The position numbers and the translations under genes were made by a program. Positions 1-7,454 of a stretch of DNA of 34,147 nucleotides are shown here, one piece after another (position 1 is the first letter of the stretch; every line of letters starts with the position of its first letter). This stretch comes from a virus (lineage: Duplodnaviria > Caudoviricetes). The notes beneath the pieces were generated by a model. That model did no database searches, was not told the DNA's origin, and worked only from the letters and a program-made list of their open reading frames with translations. Location: positions 1 to 34,147 of the IMG/VR virus record IMGVR_UViG_3300042503_001676. One strand, written 5' to 3'.

Positions 1-35
1 CCGCCCGACTTCAGGGCTTAATGAGTGCCGCCCGT

Positions 36-126
36 GGATGGGTGGCCGAGCGGTCGAAGGCGCGCGCCTGGAAAGTGCGTATACGTCAAAAGCGTATCGT
101 GGGTTCGAATCCCACCCCATCCGCCA
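36..126 (+). tRNA. tRNA-Ser (anticodon GGA); probable prophage integration target
   Basis: Acceptor stem GGATGGG(36-42)/CCCATCC(116-122), discriminator G123, CCA 124-126; anticodon stem CGCGC/GTGCG with loop CT-GGA-AA (GGA at 70-72); long variable arm; GGTTCGAATCC T-arm. Confidence 0.97.
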
Positions 127-442
127 TCTTCCCGTCGCAAACCCCGACAGCGACCCCGCTAAGGGCAAATTTTCGCGTTGTTTCAAAGGGCCTTGGACGG
201 ACCATCCGAACGGCAGAGACTGACCGAAGGCCAGAATGCGGTCTCTGAACGGCTTTCGTCTCTAACCGAGCGAACCTCGCCGCTTCCGGTTCGGTCCATG
301 AAAGCGCATCTCTTTCAATCGCTTGGCTGATGATGTCGCCCGACCTGTTTCCGGGGGTTTCGCCGGCAGCCGGACCAAAAGAGACAGCCCAGGGTGGGCA
401 TGAGGCCGCGCACAGCGGCGCTTGCCTGCGTATGCGGCACCG

Positions 443-1096
443 TCAATGGCGCGTCGGTCTTGCCGTCCCTACAGAGTTCATCAACTGCCGCCGAGCGCGG
501 GTGCAGTCGAGCACGACACGGTTGAGTTCGTTCTCAGCGATCCTGGTCAGCTCTCGCAAATGCTTCATCGTGGTGGCGATGTCGGAAAGCTCCGAAGGCT
601 TGCTGGCATCACTGGCGACCTGCTGGACGCTGGCGATCATGGCACGGACCTCGCCGAGCGTGTCCAGCGCCGAGGAGGCCTTTGCTGGCAGGTCCAGTTC
701 GTCCGCGCCTCCAAACAGCCCTTCGATGAAGCCATCTAGTTCCTGCCGACGTATCAGCGCTAGTTCAGCAAGCCCGGCTCGTGTTTCGGGAACGCTGGTC
801 CGGACCAGGCGGAAAGGATCGCTGCGCCTCTGGTGTCGTGTCAGGCTGTTCCAGAGGCCGTTGATAAGAATCCCGATCAGTTCGTTGACGGCATCAAGGC
901 TTTCGAATTCGGGAAGCTGCCCTCCCCACAGGCTCTTCAGGACCTCGAAGGGCGAAACCGACAGGCCGGGCGAAGCGATGCTCCCAAGAAATCGGGTCCT
1001 GATTTCATGGAAGGGAACAGGGCACGCGTGAGCCGCGAGAAGCGCCTTGATTGTCTTCTCGTCGGCAGTGACCGGCGGTCTCGTGGCTTGCGGCAC
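443..1096 (-). CDS. Hypothetical cargo protein, possibly UPF0149/YecA-like alpha-helical protein
   Basis: 217-aa ORF, GTG start preceded by GAGGGG; the N-terminal pattern (FLGSIASP...SP...L..LWGG..PEF) recalls UPF0149-type proteins; family call tentative. Confidence 0.6.
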   Translation of the reverse strand: MPQATRPPVTADEKTIKALLAAHACPVPFHEIRTRFLGSIASPGLSVSPFEVLKSLWGGQLPEFESLDAVNELIGILINGLWNSLTRHQRRSDPFRLVRTSVPETRAGLAELALIRRQELDGFIEGLFGGADELDLPAKASSALDTLGEVRAMIASVQQVASDASKPSELSDIATTMKHLRELTRIAENELNRVVLDCTRARRQLMNSVGTARPTRH

Positions 1097-1187
1097 GGCT
1101 CACCCCTCTTTGGCACGAACCTCATCAGGTCTTTGGATGCCAGAATGGGAGCCGAAGCGAAACTTCACGTCAATGTCGCGGACCTGC

Positions 1188-1571
1188 TTACCCAAACACC
1201 CGCTCCATCTGCCCATCCCAGGGCAATTCCGCAACCGCGGTCAGGTCATTGATCGCTATCGCCGGCGGTCGGCGGGCAATGACCAGAGCCTCCAGGACGG
1301 AGGGAGCCAGGTAGGCCATCCGGATCATCCGCCCGACGAAGCGGTCGGAGACGTTCTCGGCCACAGCGATGTCCTGGATGGTGGAGACAGCGCCGCTCTC
1401 GAGCTGCCGCCGCCACTTCCACGCCCGCGCGACGGCACGAAGCACATGCGGGTCCTGCGTCCGGCCTTCCCGTGCGCAGTGGTCCTCGGGTGGCAGGATC
1501 TTTGGCCGCCCGTTGCGCTTGCGGATGCTCAGCGGGATGACGACCCGAATGGTGTCCGACGAACCGCTCAT
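1188..1571 (-). CDS. Small recombinase-associated protein with HTH-like segment
   Basis: 127 aa; ATGA overlap with the recombinase stop; RAVARAWKWRRQLESG..STIQDIAVAENVSDRFVGRMIRMAYLAP motif typical of ORFs next to or fused to such recombinases. Confidence 0.85.
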   Translation of the reverse strand: MSGSSDTIRVVIPLSIRKRNGRPKILPPEDHCAREGRTQDPHVLRAVARAWKWRRQLESGAVSTIQDIAVAENVSDRFVGRMIRMAYLAPSVLEALVIARRPPAIAINDLTAVAELPWDGQMERVFG

Positions 1572-2905
1572 GCGCAGGCCTCCTTCTGGCGGGGCGCCAT
1601 CATGTCGCGCAAAACCGATCCCAGCCCTTCTTGGCGCAAGTCGACGGCGATGCCGCTTGTCCCAACGGTAACCCGGTCGACCAGGAGCTGGATGATGCGG
1701 GTCTGCTCCGCCGGGTAGAGCGCGGTCCAGATCTGGTCGAATTCGCCGAGCGCCTTGATGACCGCCTTCTCATCCACCGCAGCGCTCTCTTCTCGCAGCG
1801 CCTTGATCACGCGGGCCGCGATCTCTGGCGCGCGGATCATGCGGCGTATCTCGCCGATTACGGCGTCCTCGACCATGCCAGCGGGCAGGCGCAACGGTCC
1901 CGCGCTGTCGCCGATCGGGCGGTTCCTGATCAAATCCATCGACGCGTAATAGCGATAGAGGCGCGAGCCCTTCTTGGTCGCAGTCGGCGTCATCGCCGTG
2001 CCGGTCTCCGTGAAGATGATCCCCTTGAGCAAGGCCGGTGTCTGGGCGCGCGTGTTCTTGGCCCGGAGACGCGGGCTCTCCTGAAGGATGGCGTGCACGT
2101 TGTCCCAGAGGCCCTGATCAATGATCGCCGCGTGCTCGCCGGGATAGGCCGTTCCCTTGTGAACGGCTTCGCCGAGATAGACCCGGTTGTTGATGAGCTT
2201 GTAGAGGAAGCCCTTATCGACCAACTTGCCGCGCTTGTTCAGTACCCCCTCAGCGGCAAGCGCCTTGGCGAGCATGGTCGCGGAGCCGATCGCCGCAAAG
2301 CGCTGGAAGATCATCCTGACCGTGGCAGCTTCGTTCTCGTTGACGATGAGCTTGCGGTCACGAACGTCGTAGCCCAGCGGCACATAGCCGCCCATCCACA
2401 TGCCGCGTTTGCGGGATGCTGCGACCTTGTCGCGGATTCGCTCCCCAATCACCTCACGTTCGAACTGCGCGAAGGACAGAAGGATGTTCAGCGTCAGGCG
2501 ACCCATCGACGTCGTGGTGTTGAACGACTGTGTGACCGAGACGAAGGTCACCTGGTGTCGTTCGAAGATCTCGACCAGCCGAGCAAAGTCCATGAGGGAG
2601 CGCGATAGCCGATCGATCTTGTAGACGACGATCACATCGATCAGCCCGGCTTCGACGTCGGCCAGAAGGCGTTTCAGCGCAGGGCGTTCGAGCGTGCCGC
2701 CAGAAACGCCGCCATCGTCATAGAGCTCACGGATCGCGGCCCATCCTTCGGCGCGTTGGCTGGCGACATACGCTTCACATGCCTCGCGCTGCGCATCGAG
2801 GGAGTTGAATTCCATGTCGAGCCCTTCCTCGCTCGACTTGCGCGTGTAGATCGCGCAGCGCTGACGGCGCAGTATGGGTTGGATCGTAGTTTGCGCGCGG
2901 CTCAT
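1568..2905 (-). CDS. Large serine recombinase (integrase)
   Basis: 445 aa; catalytic YTRKS motif, YDDGGVSGG..RPALKRLL, VYKIDRLSRS, FAQFERE, then recombinase domain (PLGY...N.VYLG...H.AIID..LW). Confidence 0.96.
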   Translation of the reverse strand: MSRAQTTIQPILRRQRCAIYTRKSSEEGLDMEFNSLDAQREACEAYVASQRAEGWAAIRELYDDGGVSGGTLERPALKRLLADVEAGLIDVIVVYKIDRLSRSLMDFARLVEIFERHQVTFVSVTQSFNTTTSMGRLTLNILLSFAQFEREVIGERIRDKVAASRKRGMWMGGYVPLGYDVRDRKLIVNENEAATVRMIFQRFAAIGSATMLAKALAAEGVLNKRGKLVDKGFLYKLINNRVYLGEAVHKGTAYPGEHAAIIDQGLWDNVHAILQESPRLRAKNTRAQTPALLKGIIFTETGTAMTPTATKKGSRLYRYYASMDLIRNRPIGDSAGPLRLPAGMVEDAVIGEIRRMIRAPEIAARVIKALREESAAVDEKAVIKALGEFDQIWTALYPAEQTRIIQLLVDRVTVGTSGIAVDLRQEGLGSVLRDMMAPRQKEACA

Positions 2906-3417
2906 CGCGGATCCCTCCCGATCTCACGTAGCCCGAAGAAGCGGTAGCCGTTCCATTGCGTGCCGGTAATCGCCCGCGCGACGGCCGACAGCGACTTGAA
3001 CCTGCGACCCTGCCAGTCGAAGCCATCCCGCAGGACCGTGACGGTGTGCTCAACGCCGTTCCATTCGCGCAGCAGCCGCGTGCCCGCGACGGGGTTTCGG
3101 CCGTCTTCAATGATGGCTTTTCGACCCAGCTTCCCGTCGATTTCGTCGGCGAGAAGATCAAGCATTCGACGAGTCTCGCGCGACAGGCCGCCAAGCGTCA
3201 GCTCCTGGATCCGGTAGCCGAGCCGCAATTCGAGGTAGCTGCGGCTGTTGTTCGGCGCCGGCGAGCCGAAGAGGCTCTCCCACTTTGCCTTCAATTCCCC
3301 GACCGACATCTGCTTCAGCGCTGAAAGCTGCCCCACCACGCTCGCGTCTGAGGCGGCGCTTTCACGCGGTCGCATCAGCGCGTAGTCCAACTTCTTCCTG
3401 GCTACTACCATCATCAC
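2902..3417 (-). CDS. DUF2924-like protein
   Basis: 171 aa; L..KWESLFG..P....YLELRLGYRIQE..LGGL and GTRLLREWNG...FKSLSAVARAITGTQWNGYRFFGL motifs; coupled to the recombinase start. Confidence 0.9.
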   Translation of the reverse strand: MMMVVARKKLDYALMRPRESAASDASVVGQLSALKQMSVGELKAKWESLFGSPAPNNSRSYLELRLGYRIQELTLGGLSRETRRMLDLLADEIDGKLGRKAIIEDGRNPVAGTRLLREWNGVEHTVTVLRDGFDWQGRRFKSLSAVARAITGTQWNGYRFFGLREIGRDPR

Positions 3418-3635
3418 CCTCCAACTCGGTTGTTCGGTTTGCGACGACCAACACGGCGTTTGAGGGCGAGAATGTCGAATGAACTCTCTCCGCTTTCTGC
3501 AGATAAAGAACTCGACTGTTCCGAGAGAATACGCCTCAGGCCAATTGCAAGGATGCGCGCGACTTCATCGAGCCGTGCATCTGCTGGAAGGCGTTCGGCA
3601 GCGAGGGGGTTTGGGCCGTAGAGCGCTGTGTGCAT
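3414..3635 (-). CDS. Small hypothetical protein, first gene of the integration operon
   Basis: ATG at 3635 in frame with track ORF 3414..3650; stop overlaps the DUF2924-like start (ATGA). Confidence 0.6.
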   Translation of the reverse strand: MHTALYGPNPLAAERLPADARLDEVARILAIGLRRILSEQSSSLSAESGESSFDILALKRRVGRRKPNNRVGG

Positions 3636-3772
3636 GGAGACCGTTCGCAATCAAATTCGACAAGCAAACGCTTAGTCGCGAACGGGAAATACGCAATACA
3701 AATCAGTATCTTATCAGGTTTCTGCGGAGTCATTAGAAACGGCGCGCAAGAGGATCGGCACGCCACGCAGCT

Positions 3773-4699
3773 CTATCTGGCGGTGCCGCGACCATCCGAC
3801 ACGAATCGATCGTAGGTGTCCTGCTCCTCTGGCTCATCAAGATCGCGAGCCCAGCGCTTGTTGGGCGCATCGTCGGGATAGAGAAGCAGCGTGATGGTCA
3901 TCTCGTTTGTCGGCGAGAAGATCGTCATCTCGTGCACATCCTCATTGCCGGGCCAGACGCCGCGAGGATGTTTGGTCTCAGCGTAGGTGCCGATTGCAAG
4001 CCCTTTGCCACCAGCGAGCGATTGCTCAGGTAGCGGGGTAATCTGCTGCCGGGCGCGGTAGAACACGCCGGACTTCATGAGGGAATCGCTCGAACGCGCC
4101 CAGTCGATGAACCCGCTTCTGCTGACCACAAGCATGGCGCGCTGCGTGGTCATGTCGAGCCACTTCAGGATGGCTGCGGTAATCGAGACCTCATAGCGAT
4201 CGGCAAGGTGACGCATCAGATCCAGGGACGTGGTCTCGCCCGCGATCTGCCGGCGGAAATCGTCCAGCGGCATGAGAAGGAAAGACGCGAAGGTGTTGGC
4301 TTGCGCCTCAATGGCGCCGAGTTCCGAACGCCAGTCGAGCATCTCACGGCTCCCGCACTGGATACCGCTCGGGGAGATGTGGCGGTGCAGGAGATAATGC
4401 CCAAGCTCATGCGCTAGCGTGAAGTTGATACGGCCCGGCGAGCGGATAGCCTTGTTGTAGACGATGCCCCACTCACCCGGAACGTGGGGATTGGGCATGA
4501 GCATCCCGTCGAACCCGCCCGACAGTTCAAGTCCGTCGACCAGGGTGATGGGCTCATTCGGAAAGACCTGGCGCGAATACTCCCTGGCAAGCGGCTCGAC
4601 CTTGATCGGAAACGGGTCGAGACCGTGCGCGTCGTGGAATATCTTTACGAGCTGAGAGAGGTGGATGGCCCAAGCCTGCGGGGTCGACGGCAGTTTCAC
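3773..4699 (-). CDS. ImmA/IrrE family zinc metallopeptidase (CapP-like anti-repressor)
   Basis: 308 aa; R.NFTLAHELGHYLLH (HExxH), a Cys in the following loop (GIQC), EAQANTFASFLLMP, HTH (LADRYEVSITAAILKW) and a long C-terminal domain; GTGA overlap with the repressor gene. Confidence 0.93.
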   Translation of the reverse strand: MKLPSTPQAWAIHLSQLVKIFHDAHGLDPFPIKVEPLAREYSRQVFPNEPITLVDGLELSGGFDGMLMPNPHVPGEWGIVYNKAIRSPGRINFTLAHELGHYLLHRHISPSGIQCGSREMLDWRSELGAIEAQANTFASFLLMPLDDFRRQIAGETTSLDLMRHLADRYEVSITAAILKWLDMTTQRAMLVVSRSGFIDWARSSDSLMKSGVFYRARQQITPLPEQSLAGGKGLAIGTYAETKHPRGVWPGNEDVHEMTIFSPTNEMTITLLLYPDDAPNKRWARDLDEPEEQDTYDRFVSDGRGTAR

Positions 4700-5016
4700 G
4701 TCTTTTTGCCCCAGAGGTCGATCATCTGCTCGATCTTCTTGCGGTCTTCGGCCTCCAGCTTGCTGAACTTTCGGAAGAAGGCCTCCCGCATGACCACCTC
4801 ATCAGGGGCTGCCGATTCATCCAGCAGGTAGTCAGTGGTCACATCCAGCGCCTGAGCGATCCGGGTCAGCTTCTCGGCGGAGGGCTTTCGGGTGTCCCGG
4901 TTCTCCAATTCCCACAGGTAGCTTTTGCTCGATTCGGTGATTTCCGCGAGCTTGTCGAGCGAGTAGCCCTTCTCCTGGCGGTGCCGCCGGAGCTTGTCGC
5001 CAAGCGTCGTTGTCAT
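4696..5016 (-). CDS. XRE-family HTH repressor (CapH/ImmR-like), no S24 autopeptidase domain
   Basis: True start ATG at 5016 with GGGAG RBS; 106 aa LGDKLRRHR...SLDKLAE...SKSYLWELEN..RKPSAEKL..IAQALDVTTDYLL plus short C-terminal helical domain containing FFRK. Confidence 0.93.
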   Translation of the reverse strand: MTTTLGDKLRRHRQEKGYSLDKLAEITESSKSYLWELENRDTRKPSAEKLTRIAQALDVTTDYLLDESAAPDEVVMREAFFRKFSKLEAEDRKKIEQMIDLWGKKT

Positions 5017-5057
5017 TTTTGCTCCCAGAATAGGCCTGACCAGGCATTGCCTGTGGC

Positions 5058-5125
5058 GTTCGATGTATGCCGAACACTTACGTGCTTGACAAGAGGATTG
5101 CGCCTGTGTTCGATATATATCGAAC
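5058..5125. promoter_or_regulatory. Divergent promoter region with two GTTCG-N8-CGAAC operators flanking a TTGACA hexamer
   Basis: GTTCG-ATGTATGC-CGAAC (5058-5075) and perfect 18-bp palindrome GTTCGATATATATCGAAC (5108-5125), 50 bp apart; TTGACA at 5086-5091. Confidence 0.8.
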
Positions 5126-5182
5126 GACTGCGTGCCTCCCCCGATGGCCGAGTCGTCAACCCTCGGCCAAAGGAGCCCCTCG

Positions 5183-6370
5183 ATGGCAGCCATCTCCGCA
5201 TTCCTTCGCAAGACGCCGCGCGACGCGCTTCGCGAATACTTCGACCGTCCCGAAATCGGTCTTCCTCTCGAATTCGACTGGGATACGGCGGAGGGGGATC
5301 TGCCCGGCCCCTTGATGAACGCCATCGGGAAGATGACTCGCGTCCAGCGTGACCGCGTCCTGAACGACGCCGAGCGGGTCCATGCGCTCAGCGATGAGGC
5401 CGGGCAAGCGGCGCTCTACAGCGTCGCCGAGGACCCAGCGGTCCTTGAAGGCATGGCGAACGCCCATCAGCGCGCGCTCGGGATGTTCCTGAAGGCACCG
5501 GATCGCTTTCGGCATGCCGAGGAGGTGCGGTTCACCGAAGATCGGCGGCGCGGTCGGATGTGGGCCGGCTACATGACCGAGGCGGGACGCGTGGTCCAGC
5601 GCGACCCCATGACGCTGGCGGCCTTCGTATCGGCGATCAAGGAGTTCTCAGGCGCTTCCCATGCGGACGTCGACATCTTCGATCGCGTGCGGACCACGCT
5701 TGAGGGGCATGAATGCGACCTCGTCCAGGTCACGATCTACCGCGAAGGACGGCCGGACGACCTGCTGCGCTTCGATGACAAGGGAACACTCGTCCGTCAG
5801 GCCTACCGCCCCGTCTTTGAAGCGGCCGTGACCTATGAGCCTGCTACTGGCGGGCTTGAGGTTGTGGCCAACGACAAGGTAACGCGCCAGGAGATCGTGA
5901 AGGCAGCCGTTCAGCACCTTCTTGGGATCGAATTCAAGGACAACCGCCTTCCGCTGCGTTGCTATGACCTTTCAGTCCTTCTCAAGCCGTTCGATTTTCC
6001 GGTCGACGAAGAGGACGGCATTGAGGGCGTCGAGGTGCGCGAACTCCGGCTGATGCCGATCGATGACAATGGTCGGCGCGTGACGCTCGAGAACTTGGCG
6101 CGCGCTGACGGTACGATCTGGACGATGGCCGACGACATGTTCGAGGACCGTTCCCCGCTGAGCGATGAGTTCGTCATCACGAGGGCCAGGATCGCGGTAA
6201 AGCTCAGCAAGCGCCCGGGCGAGGAGCGGCGACGGACGCTCACTTTGACGATCACTTGGCCGCATGGCTGCGACCTCAAGGATCGTACCGCAACCGAGCA
6301 GATGATTGGTGAAAAGTACCTGCGCCGCTGGGGGATTCTGGTCGATGGCTCGCACCTCATCACGGATTGA
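5183..6370 (+). CDS. Hypothetical protein (395 aa), first gene of the repressor-divergent two-gene operon
   Basis: ATG at 5183 with AAGGAG RBS (5170-5175), in frame with track ORF 5132..6370; natural protein-like composition; no motif recognised. Confidence 0.85.
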   Translation: MAAISAFLRKTPRDALREYFDRPEIGLPLEFDWDTAEGDLPGPLMNAIGKMTRVQRDRVLNDAERVHALSDEAGQAALYSVAEDPAVLEGMANAHQRALGMFLKAPDRFRHAEEVRFTEDRRRGRMWAGYMTEAGRVVQRDPMTLAAFVSAIKEFSGASHADVDIFDRVRTTLEGHECDLVQVTIYREGRPDDLLRFDDKGTLVRQAYRPVFEAAVTYEPATGGLEVVANDKVTRQEIVKAAVQHLLGIEFKDNRLPLRCYDLSVLLKPFDFPVDEEDGIEGVEVRELRLMPIDDNGRRVTLENLARADGTIWTMADDMFEDRSPLSDEFVITRARIAVKLSKRPGEERRRTLTLTITWPHGCDLKDRTATEQMIGEKYLRRWGILVDGSHLITD

Positions 6371-7289
6371 TGCCGCTGCACGACGGCTGCTCTGCGCCGT
6401 CGCCGCAACCCCGGAAGCTCGGGTCTCGGCCGTGGCTCTGGCTCATAAGCCCGAGAGCGGGAAGCAACTGCTTGACGCAGGACTGATCGTAAGGCGCGGC
6501 AGCACGCAGGCTGCCGTAGCCGAAGATGATCTCGACGACGCGCCGGTGCGGTTGACCAACCACCCGACCACGACACGGCTTGGGCATCTGGGAGCCGTGA
6601 CATGGCAGGATGAAGACCATGCGGAGAGCCGGCGGATCTATGTGTTGGATCTGGCGGCCGTGGCGAGCCGTGTTGCTTCTGCGATCGACTGCTCGCTTGC
6701 AAAGGATCCGGTCGCTCATCTCGACGGTGAGGTATTGGATTTCGGTTCAGCCCGCTTGCCACGACGCAACGCGCGCGTGGGGATGTGGGTCGCGCGCAGT
6801 CTGGCCTCGCCACGCTCCTTTGCGCGGTTTCGGGATCTCGTTGCGCGACGCCCGTCCGAAGGGCTCCGCATCGTCTTCACGCTCGATCCCAGCGAACGTT
6901 TTCGGCCGCCTTATCTGAGGGGGCACGAATTCGTCGCGCTGGCGGATGCGGTGGACAACGAAGATGGCATCGCAGTCTCGCCCGACATTCTGGCGGCGCG
7001 GCTGATGATGGGTCCATCGCAGAAAGGCCCGGTGTGGGTCGCCGGCGACGGGGGCGTGCTCATCATCCACGGAAAGCAGCACGACTTTACCGGCGGTAAG
7101 CAGAAGGTTGCCGTCGGCTTGCTTGCCCAAGCGTGGTTGGACGGCGAGAGAGTGCAGCCCGTTGAGAAAATCCTCGCCGAAGCTGAGTGCGGCCCTTCGA
7201 TGAAGCGGCTGAAGGACCTCTTCCGCGGGCACCGCACGTGGCAGGAGGTCATCCGGGAAAGCGGTTCGAACTGCTGGCTCGAAGTCTGA
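6345..7289 (+). CDS. Hypothetical protein (314 aa) with probable C-terminal winged-helix DNA-binding domain
   Basis: ATG at 6345 overlapping the previous gene end; the C-terminal ~75 aa (VWVAGDGGVLIIHGKQHDFT...LLAQAW...VEKILAEA...RLKDLFR...GSNCWLEV) follow a beta-beta-helix-helix-helix-wing pattern like OmpR-type effector domains. Confidence 0.75.
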   Translation: MARTSSRIDAAARRLLCAVAATPEARVSAVALAHKPESGKQLLDAGLIVRRGSTQAAVAEDDLDDAPVRLTNHPTTTRLGHLGAVTWQDEDHAESRRIYVLDLAAVASRVASAIDCSLAKDPVAHLDGEVLDFGSARLPRRNARVGMWVARSLASPRSFARFRDLVARRPSEGLRIVFTLDPSERFRPPYLRGHEFVALADAVDNEDGIAVSPDILAARLMMGPSQKGPVWVAGDGGVLIIHGKQHDFTGGKQKVAVGLLAQAWLDGERVQPVEKILAEAECGPSMKRLKDLFRGHRTWQEVIRESGSNCWLEV

Positions 7290-7308
7290 GATAGCCTCGA
7301 CCCCTGCC

Positions 7309-7341
7309 AAGGCCGTCCCTCGGGGCGGCCTTTTTCATTTT
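7309..7341 (+). terminator. Rho-independent terminator closing the two-gene operon
   Basis: GGCCGTCC-CTCG-GGGCGGCC hairpin (7311-7330) followed by TTTTTCATTTT. Confidence 0.85.
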
Positions 7342-7358
7342 CAGCGATTGAAGCCGCA

Positions 7359-7407
7359 TTCCTCCCGTCTGCCCTCCCTGGCTCCCCCCGTTTTCCTCCC
7401 ATGCCCT
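7359..7407 (+). repeat. Phased CCTCCC direct repeats upstream of the early operon
   Basis: CCTCCC at 7361, 7373 and 7395, CCCCCC at 7384; spacings 12, 11, 11 bp. Confidence 0.65.
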
Positions 7408-7454
7408 GATCCATCGTCTCCGCAGGTTTTCGACAGGAACCCAAGGAGACTCAG

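Noticed and set aside
36-126. attR or a duplicated tRNA 3' end within the window
   Set aside because: No second copy noticed by eye; the element extends past the right edge, so the att core cannot be defined here
21-248. ORFs 21..248 and 38..223
   Set aside because: They overlap the tRNA-Ser gene; spurious translations
5058-5125. Possible LexA (SOS) boxes
   Set aside because: The alphaproteobacterial LexA box is the direct repeat GTTC-N7-GTTC and the Gram-positive box is CGAAC-N4-GTTCG; these sites have the opposite orientation and an N8 spacer, so a phage repressor operator fits better
5017-5325. 103-aa N-terminal extension of the repressor ORF in the track
   Set aside because: It runs through the operators and the divergent gene; RBS and HTH start support ATG at 5016
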